Positions 51,026 through 57,926 of a stretch of 64,000 nucleotides of DNA are shown in pieces; the stretch's first letter is position 1; the number at the start of each line of letters is the position of its first letter. The position numbers were made by a program, and so were the translations under genes. The stretch spans positions 17,121 to 81,120 of the forward strand of contig CAYYNT010000009.1 in the NCBI GenBank assembly GCA_964473155.1. The letters run 5' to 3'. The notes beneath the pieces were generated by a model. It saw nothing but the letters and a program-made list of their open reading frames with translations, was not told the origin of the DNA and ran no database searches. Source of the stretch: an uncultured Gemmatimonadales bacterium. Its GTDB lineage: Bacteria > Gemmatimonadota > Glassbacteria > GWA2-58-10.

Positions 51026-52057
51026 ATGCATAGAATAACGAGGATACTGCCGGCATTAGCCCTGGCCGGTCTCTGGGCCATGCCCTGCCTGGCCTGCGAT
51101 GTACCGGTGTTCCGTTATGCCCTGGAACGCTGGACCCCGGCGGTGTACGAGCTGAACGTTATCGCTCCTCAGGGCAATCCCGCGAACGATACTCCACCCG
51201 TCAACTCCCTGCAAAGCCTTCTGGACAGCGCAAACTGCGCTTTACATTACAGCGGCTCCGGCGCGTCCGTCAGCGGGGGCGTCATCCCGCGGATGGAACT
51301 CGCATATCGCGACTGGCAGGGGGAAAAAATCTTAATATGGTCCGGCCGGGCGTCGGCTGAAAATGTCGAAAAGCTTGTCGATTCTCCAGCCCGCAGGGAG
51401 ATAGCCGGGAAACTACTGGGCGGCGCGACAGCGGTCTGGGTGTTTCTCGAGTGCGAGGACAGGGCGAAAAACGAGGCCGCGCTGGGACGGCTGGAAACGG
51501 CCCTGGACCAGATCGAGCGGAGCCTGACTCTGCCGGAATCGGTGACACGCCTGCAAGAGTCCATGACAGGCAAGCTGCGGGTTGACTTCCCTGTCGTGAA
51601 AATCCAGGGTTCGAGCGAGGCGGAAAAAATCCTGGTCGACATGCTGATCCGCTCCGAGCCGGACCTGGAGTCCTACAGGACTGAGCCGATGGCATTTCCG
51701 GTATTCGGACGGGGGCGTGTGCTTTACGCTCTGGCGGGAGATGGCATCGACAGCGTGAATACCGCCGGGGCGTGCGTTTTCCTGGCCGGTCCATGCGCCT
51801 GCGAGATAAAAGAATCGAACCCGGGAATGGACCTGCTCATGCGGGCCGGATGGGCCTCGGGTATCGGGGAGAGCTGGGTCGACGCCTCGGAAAACGTGTC
51901 GTTGTCCAGCCTCGCCGCCCTGGCGGGAGGCAGGCCGGATGACAACTCCGGCGGGAAACTGTTTCATGGTGTCGTAATAACGCTGCTGACCGTGCTTATA
52001 CTCGTTGGAGCCGGGAGCGTAGTGCTCCTGAGAAAGATCAGGAGAAGGGACCGATGA
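51026..52057 (+). CDS. Exported protein of unknown function with signal peptide and C-terminal transmembrane anchor
   Basis: MHRITRILPALALAGLWAMPCLAC signal. A soluble ~280-aa region with several Cys follows. The C-terminus has a TM helix VVITLLTVLILVGAGSVVLL followed by RKIRRRDR. The stop overlaps the next start (ATGA). The track ORF begins further upstream at a TTG; I chose the first ATG before the signal peptide. Confidence 0.5.
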   Translation: MHRITRILPALALAGLWAMPCLACDVPVFRYALERWTPAVYELNVIAPQGNPANDTPPVNSLQSLLDSANCALHYSGSGASVSGGVIPRMELAYRDWQGEKILIWSGRASAENVEKLVDSPARREIAGKLLGGATAVWVFLECEDRAKNEAALGRLETALDQIERSLTLPESVTRLQESMTGKLRVDFPVVKIQGSSEAEKILVDMLIRSEPDLESYRTEPMAFPVFGRGRVLYALAGDGIDSVNTAGACVFLAGPCACEIKESNPGMDLLMRAGWASGIGESWVDASENVSLSSLAALAGGRPDDNSGGKLFHGVVITLLTVLILVGAGSVVLLRKIRRRDR

Positions 52058-53334
52058 ACCTGAGGCAGGTTGTGTTCCGGGAGATAATGCACCGCAAGAC
52101 GGGCTTTATCCTGGGGGCCTTATCCGTGGCAGCGGCGACCGGCGTTCTGGTCTGTGTCATGACCCTGCTCGAGGCCCATGCCGAGGCGTCCAGCCGGATG
52201 ATGGCGGAAAAGGAAGCCGCTACAGCCAGGGAAATGGCATTGATGCAGGACGACTACCGCAAGATAATGAAGACCCTGGGGTTCAACCTCCTTATACTCC
52301 CCGAAAGCCAGAGCCTGGAGCAGTACTACGCCACCGGGTATGTCACGGAAACGATGCCCGAGGACTACGCCGGGCGTCTTGCCGCGGCCGGGCTGCTGAC
52401 GGTGCGCCATGTCCTGCCCAGCGTGGAGCGCAGGATCGAGTGGCCCGAGATGGGCGGGTCCACGGTCATTCTCTCAGGAACAAAGGGTGAGATACTGTCA
52501 GCGGAAGGTTTCAACGGTGAGTCGATGCAGATGCCGGTGGCAGAGGGGGATCTTGTAGCCGGGTATATCGTGGCGAAAAATCTCGGTCTGAGTGTGGGTG
52601 AGACTGTGACGCTACGCGGCGAGAAGTTCCGGGTCAGTGAGATAAACACCGAGAAGGGAACGCGGGACGACATTACAGTCTGGATCGAACTGGGACGGGC
52701 GCAGAGGATGCTTGGCCTCGAGGGACGGATCAACGCCATCCTGGCCCTGAAATGCCTCTGCGAGGGCAACGAGTTGCCGAAGGTCCGCAAGGACGTGATC
52801 CGGATACTGCCGGGGACCCAGGTTATCGAGGTCGACTCCAAGGTCATCACCCGCGCCGAGGCCAGGGACAAGGCCGCGGCAGTGGCAAAACAGACGCTGG
52901 AGGAAGAGAGCGCCAGCCTGGCCCGTTTGCGTAAAAGTATCGAGGACCTTGCCGCCTGGCTCGTCCCTCTGTCGATTCTCGGCGCCGCAGTCTGGATAGG
53001 CCTTCTGGCCCTGGGCAATGTGCGGCAGAGACGGGCCGAGATCGGGATATTCCAGGCCCTCGGTCTTGATTCGGGGCGCATAATCGCTATTTTCCTGGCC
53101 CGGGCCGCTCTTATAGGCCTGACGGGCGCGGTGGCGGGCTACGCCCTGGGCATGGCCACGGCTGGAGTATACTCGGCAAAGTTCGAGGGTGGCCTTTCCG
53201 GTGCGCTGACTTTCAACGCCCTGACGTTTCTCGTTGTCATCCTTGCCGCCCCGGCGCTGGCCATAGTATCAAGCTGGCTGCCCGCGCTCGTTGCGGCGGG
53301 ACAGGACCCGGCTCTCGTACTTAGGGAGGATTGA
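52054..53334 (+). CDS. ABC transporter permease, FtsX/MacB/LolC-E type (N-terminal TM, large periplasmic domain, three C-terminal TM helices)
   Basis: The topology and the conserved C-terminal FtsX-domain pattern (...RRAEIGIFQALGLDSGRIIAIFLARAALIGLTGAVAGYALG...) fit the family. An AGGAGA RBS is present. Confidence 0.75.
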   Translation: MNLRQVVFREIMHRKTGFILGALSVAAATGVLVCVMTLLEAHAEASSRMMAEKEAATAREMALMQDDYRKIMKTLGFNLLILPESQSLEQYYATGYVTETMPEDYAGRLAAAGLLTVRHVLPSVERRIEWPEMGGSTVILSGTKGEILSAEGFNGESMQMPVAEGDLVAGYIVAKNLGLSVGETVTLRGEKFRVSEINTEKGTRDDITVWIELGRAQRMLGLEGRINAILALKCLCEGNELPKVRKDVIRILPGTQVIEVDSKVITRAEARDKAAAVAKQTLEEESASLARLRKSIEDLAAWLVPLSILGAAVWIGLLALGNVRQRRAEIGIFQALGLDSGRIIAIFLARAALIGLTGAVAGYALGMATAGVYSAKFEGGLSGALTFNALTFLVVILAAPALAIVSSWLPALVAAGQDPALVLRED

Positions 53335-53341
53335 GGCGCGG

Positions 53342-54007
53342 ATGTTGAACCTTGATTCGATAACGAGAGTCTACCGCCGTAAGAACGGGAATCCGGTCGT
53401 GGCGCTCGACAGCGTCTCGCTTTCGGTCCGGCCCGGCGAGTTCGTGGTCCTCCAGGGCCCCAGCGGAAGCGGCAAGACCACCCTGCTCCTGACAGCCGGG
53501 GGCCTTCTGCCCCCGGCCTCCGGCGCGGTAAAGCTGGAGGAGCGCGACATCTATACCCTGCCCGCGGGCGAACTCGCCAGGGTGCGGGCGAAAAAAATCG
53601 GGTTCGTTTTCCAGCAGTTCCATCTGATACCCTACCTGAATGTCCTCGAAAACGTGCTTGCGCCCTCGCTGGCCTGTCCGGACCCTGGTGCGCGGGAGCG
53701 CGCCTTTTCGCTCCTCGAAGAGCTGGGTCTCGACCGGAGGGCCGGCCACTTCCCCTCCGAGCTGAGCACCGGGGAGCGTCAGCGGACAGCCCTTGCAAGG
53801 GCGCTGCTCAACCAGCCGCCGCTCATACTGGCGGATGAACCCACCGGCAACCTGGACCGCGACAATTCACGCATAGTAACCGGTCACCTCTGCCGGTTCG
53901 TGTCCTCGGGCGGCGCGGTGCTGATGGTGACGCACGGGCCGGACAGCCTCTCCTTCGCTCACCGGCGGGTCGACATCATGGAGGGCAAGATTGTCTCCGC
54001 GGATTGA
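53342..54007 (+). CDS. ABC transporter ATP-binding protein (LolD/MacB-type)
   Basis: Walker A GPSGSGKTTL, signature LSTGERQRTALARAL, Walker B ILADEPTGNLD. A GGGAGGA RBS precedes the ATG at 53342. Confidence 0.8.
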   Translation: MLNLDSITRVYRRKNGNPVVALDSVSLSVRPGEFVVLQGPSGSGKTTLLLTAGGLLPPASGAVKLEERDIYTLPAGELARVRAKKIGFVFQQFHLIPYLNVLENVLAPSLACPDPGARERAFSLLEELGLDRRAGHFPSELSTGERQRTALARALLNQPPLILADEPTGNLDRDNSRIVTGHLCRFVSSGGAVLMVTHGPDSLSFAHRRVDIMEGKIVSAD

Positions 54008-54020
54008 AAATACCTTACTC

Positions 54021-57000
54021 ATGACGGCAGAAAAAATCGTGTCGAGACTCGCGCCGTTTATCGTCATGCTGAGCCTCGGACCGGCAAGCTCTCTTTTTCC
54101 ATCAGACTGGCCCATGTGGCGCTTCGGGCCTGAACGCGGGGCCTGCGCTCCGGACAGCCTGGCGACTGAACTGTCGCCCCTGTGGGCGGTGGATTACGGC
54201 AGGCGGGAGCCGGTCTGGGACGATCCGCTGAACCGTGACCTGATGCCCTACGACCGGGTGTTCGAGCCGGTGGTGGCCGATGGTAGGATGTTTGTCGGGT
54301 TCAACGATCGGGACAAGCTGGTGGCCCTCGACACGGATTCAGGCAAAGAACTCTGGTCGTTCTACGCCGAGGGACCGGTGCGGTTTCCGGCGGCCGCCTG
54401 GGGCGGCAACGTGTATTTCGTGTCGGATGACGGGTGCCTCTACTGCGTGCGCGCCGCAGACGGAGCGCTGGTCTGGAGGTTCCGCGGGGGGCCATCGCAG
54501 CGCAGGGTGCTCGGGAACAGACGCCTGATCTCCACCTGGCCGGCCCGCGGCGGACCGGTGATCCGTGATGGGCGGGTATATTTCACCGCCGGCATCTGGC
54601 CGTTCATGGGAGTCTTCATATACGCACTGGATGCCCGGAGCGGAAAGGTTGCCTGGGAGAACGACTGGACCGGCAGCCAGTTCATACTCCAGCCGCACAA
54701 CTCCCCCGCTTTCGCCGGGATTGCGCCTCAGGGCGCCCTGGTCGCGGCGGGCGACGGTATAATAGCGCCCGGTGGACGTTCTGTCCCGGCCCTGTTCGCG
54801 CGTGAAGACGGCAGCCAGCGATACTTCCATCTCGCCGCACAGAACAAGACCGGAGGCTCTTTTGCCTGCGCCGCCAGCCACGTCTTTTTCAACCATTACC
54901 GCGACCAGGTCTGCTCGATGTACGACCTCGCGACCGGTAAGGCCCTTATCGAGCGGATAGGCAGTTCCCCGGTGATATCCGGGGACCTTATCCTGTTCGG
55001 TGGAAAGACTGTCCGGGCTTTCGATTCTCGTGAGCTGCAGGAAGTCAGCCGCTGGTTCCTGACTGGAAATTTCCTGGAGCGCTGGCTCGCAGGCCTCGAT
55101 GCGGACAAAATCAAACCCGCATTCCTCGGTTCGGCCGTGAAATGGTGGGTCCGCAGGAAATCCCGTCTGTGGCGCGGCGCAGTTCTCTGGGAAGCAAAGG
55201 TAGATGCCGGCCGGGACCTCATACGCGCCGGTGATATCCTCTATGCCGCATCCGGTGACGGCATCACGGCGCTGAGGCTGTCATCCGCACGCAAATCTCC
55301 GCCCGCCGTGCTCTGGCATAAGAGGGTCGAGGGCGGCGTCGAAAGGTTACTTGCCGCCGGAGGGAAGCTGTTCGCGGTCACCCTGGACGGGCGGATCATG
55401 GCTTTCGGCCCGGAGAGTGACGGGGATAAAGCCCCTCCCGCGCGTCCCGTGGAAGCGGCCGAAACCGGACCCGGATCGCGCGAGTCCGCCGGGATCATCA
55501 GCCGCACCGGGGCGCGAGAGGGCTACGGTCTGGTGTTCGGACTAAAGGACTATGATTTGCTGCTTGGCCTGGCCCGCGGTTCCAACCTGCAAATTGTCGG
55601 CATTGACCCGGACAGCGCACGGGTGGACTCGATCCGGCGGAGACTGGACCATGAAGGCCTGTACGGGAAGCGGATTGCGGTGGTACGGGGGACCCAGGGC
55701 GGTTTCGACTGCCCGCCATACCTGGCCAGCCTGATCGTTATTAACGGCCCGCTCGAACCGGGTTTCAGCCGGCTCCTCGAATCTCTTCGCCCATACGGAG
55801 GAAAAGCCTGGCTGAGAAACCCGGGGACAGGCCGCCGCGTAATTCAGGATTCTGTCAACGCCGCGGGCGTCGAGGCGCTGCGCCTTGAAAAAGGAACGGC
55901 GCCGGTTGTTGTCGTCCGGAACGGCCCGCTGCCTGGAGCCGGGAGCTGGACCCATCAGTATGGCGATATCGCCAACACGGTCAAATCGAACGACACGCGC
56001 GTGAAGCTGCCGCTTGGCCTGCTCTGGTTCGGCGGAAGCTCCAACCTGGATGTCCTTCCCCGCCACGCGCACGGTCCGCCGGAGCAGGTTGCCGGGGGCC
56101 GGCTTTTTATCGAGGGCATTGACTGCATGAGCGCGCGGGATGTCTACACCGGGCGCGTGCTCTGGAAAACCAGGATCGAGGGCCTGGACAACTTCAATGT
56201 CTATTACGACGAGACTTACAAGGACGCCCCGACCAGCACGGAATACAACCAGATTCATATCCCGGGGGCGAATGTCCGGGGCGCTAATTTCGTGGCCACC
56301 ACGGACCGCCTCTATATTGCCGCCGGACCGGTCTGCCGGGTGCTCGACACGACGACTGGAGAGGTGACCGGGACTATCGGACTGCCGGAAGGTTCGGGCG
56401 GCTGGGGCTACATCGGGGTCTGTGGCGATTACCTTATCGCCGGGGGCGGCCTGGTCGATTTCTCGTCCCGGATGCCGGGAGGCTCTGAAAAGCCAAGCGA
56501 GAGAGACAAGCCTTTCCTTGATTTCAACCGCTCGGCCAGTTCCAGCCTGACAGTCATGAACCGCCATACCGGACGGCCGCTGTGGACCCGCGAGGCGCGT
56601 TACGGCTTCATCCACAATTCGATCGTGGTGCACGACGGGAGACTTTACTGCCTGGACAAGCTGCCGCCTTACATCGAGGGCCTGATCGCCCGTCGCGGCG
56701 GCAGGCCGGTGGAGGGTTCGGGCATGCTCTGCCTGGACCTGACATCCGGGAACATGATCTGGAACAAACAGGAGGGAGTTTTCGGCGCCTGGTTGAGCTA
56801 TTCCGCGGAACACGATATCCTTCTGCAGGCCACCCGTCCCTCCAGCGACATGGTGCGGGGCGAGGACGGCAGGCGCATGGCCGCGTATGGCGGCAGGGAC
56901 GGCCGGCTGCTGTGGGACAGGAAGATCGAATACGGGTCTGTGCCGATTCTCCGTCGTGACAGAATTATCACAGCCGGAAAGATGATCGACCTTCTGAGCG

Positions 57001-57860
57001 GTGAGGAACTGGTCCGGAAACACCCGCTGACCGGCGAGGAGGTACCGTTTTCCTGGAAGCGCAATTATGGCTGCAACTACCCGATCGCCTGCGAAAACCT
57101 TCTGACCTTCCGTTCCGCCGCGGCCGGTTATTTCGACCTGACCAACCTGGGCGGGACAGGCAACCTGGGAGGATTCAAATCCGGCTGCACCTCGAACCTG
57201 GTGGCGGCGGACGGGGTGCTGAACGCCCCGGACTACACCCGGACCTGCGCGTGCAGCTACCAGAACCAGACCTCCCTGGCCCTGCTCTACGACAGGGATG
57301 TCGAGGTCTGGACATTCAACGACCTGGATTCGGTCTCTGCGCCGGTCCGCAGGGTGGGAATCAACCTGGGCGCTCCGGGGGACCGGGTTTCCGATGAGGG
57401 AACCCTCTGGCTGGACTACCCCAGCCGGGGCGGACCCTCTCCGGACATACCGGTGTCGGTCGAGGGAGACAGTCTGCGCTGGTTCTGCCACCATTCGTCG
57501 CGCATACGGGAGGGAGAAATGCGCTGGGTGGCGGCCTCCGGCGTGGAGGGCGCCAGAAAGCTGACTCTGAATCTGGGGCACGGGGATGCCGCCCCCCGGA
57601 CTTTCAAGGTGCGCCTGTATTTTTCGGATTGTGACGCTCACTCAGGCAGCCATGTATTCAGCCTCGGCATCCAGGGGAAAAGAGTTGTTGAAAGGCTCGA
57701 TCTCGTTGCTGAATGCCGCCGGGGAGAGACATATCTGATCAGGGAATTCGACGGTGTAGAGGTGCGGGACACCCTTACCGTTGAGCTGATCCCGGAGCCG
57801 GATATAAAAAACAACCGGACCGTGATCTGCGGGATAGAAGCGATCGAGCAGGGCTGGTGA
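54021..57860 (+). CDS. 1,279-aa secreted multidomain protein: BamB/PQQ-like beta-propeller repeats flanking a degenerate class-I methyltransferase-fold domain, with a C-terminal malectin-like carbohydrate-binding domain
   Basis: Signal-like N-terminus MTAEKIVSRLAPFIVMLSLGPASS. Repeated ..DG.VY....DG.L.A.DA.TG...W.. propeller blades occur at the N-terminus and again after residue ~700. The central GYGLVFGLKDYDLLLGLARGSNLQIVGIDPD..RVDSIRRRL...RIAVVRG...SLIVINGP matches the MTase beta1-alpha-beta2 order but lacks the GxGxG loop. The C-terminal FKVRLYFSDCD...HVFSLGIQGKRVVERLDLV...TYLIREFDGVEV.DTLTVELI matches a malectin-like domain. Confidence 0.6.
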   Translation: MTAEKIVSRLAPFIVMLSLGPASSLFPSDWPMWRFGPERGACAPDSLATELSPLWAVDYGRREPVWDDPLNRDLMPYDRVFEPVVADGRMFVGFNDRDKLVALDTDSGKELWSFYAEGPVRFPAAAWGGNVYFVSDDGCLYCVRAADGALVWRFRGGPSQRRVLGNRRLISTWPARGGPVIRDGRVYFTAGIWPFMGVFIYALDARSGKVAWENDWTGSQFILQPHNSPAFAGIAPQGALVAAGDGIIAPGGRSVPALFAREDGSQRYFHLAAQNKTGGSFACAASHVFFNHYRDQVCSMYDLATGKALIERIGSSPVISGDLILFGGKTVRAFDSRELQEVSRWFLTGNFLERWLAGLDADKIKPAFLGSAVKWWVRRKSRLWRGAVLWEAKVDAGRDLIRAGDILYAASGDGITALRLSSARKSPPAVLWHKRVEGGVERLLAAGGKLFAVTLDGRIMAFGPESDGDKAPPARPVEAAETGPGSRESAGIISRTGAREGYGLVFGLKDYDLLLGLARGSNLQIVGIDPDSARVDSIRRRLDHEGLYGKRIAVVRGTQGGFDCPPYLASLIVINGPLEPGFSRLLESLRPYGGKAWLRNPGTGRRVIQDSVNAAGVEALRLEKGTAPVVVVRNGPLPGAGSWTHQYGDIANTVKSNDTRVKLPLGLLWFGGSSNLDVLPRHAHGPPEQVAGGRLFIEGIDCMSARDVYTGRVLWKTRIEGLDNFNVYYDETYKDAPTSTEYNQIHIPGANVRGANFVATTDRLYIAAGPVCRVLDTTTGEVTGTIGLPEGSGGWGYIGVCGDYLIAGGGLVDFSSRMPGGSEKPSERDKPFLDFNRSASSSLTVMNRHTGRPLWTREARYGFIHNSIVVHDGRLYCLDKLPPYIEGLIARRGGRPVEGSGMLCLDLTSGNMIWNKQEGVFGAWLSYSAEHDILLQATRPSSDMVRGEDGRRMAAYGGRDGRLLWDRKIEYGSVPILRRDRIITAGKMIDLLSGEELVRKHPLTGEEVPFSWKRNYGCNYPIACENLLTFRSAAAGYFDLTNLGGTGNLGGFKSGCTSNLVAADGVLNAPDYTRTCACSYQNQTSLALLYDRDVEVWTFNDLDSVSAPVRRVGINLGAPGDRVSDEGTLWLDYPSRGGPSPDIPVSVEGDSLRWFCHHSSRIREGEMRWVAASGVEGARKLTLNLGHGDAAPRTFKVRLYFSDCDAHSGSHVFSLGIQGKRVVERLDLVAECRRGETYLIREFDGVEVRDTLTVELIPEPDIKNNRTVICGIEAIEQGW

Positions 57861-57867
57861 CAGTATT

Positions 57868-57900
57868 TCGCGCCATGTGCATGGCGCGGCCTGCATCCTT
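57868..57900 (+). terminator. Hairpin between the giant propeller gene and the methyltransferase-barrel gene (possible attenuator/terminator)
   Basis: cgcgccatg tg catggcgcg is a 9-bp inverted repeat, followed by gcctgcatcctttt, ~10 nt past the stop. Confidence 0.3.
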
Positions 57901-57926
57901 TTAATCTGACAAGAGGATTATTTTTG

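Noticed and set aside
55542-57641. 699-aa minus-strand ORF inside the giant propeller gene
   Set aside because: It is antisense to a frame with repeated propeller blades and a malectin-like domain. It has no start context and a low-complexity translation.
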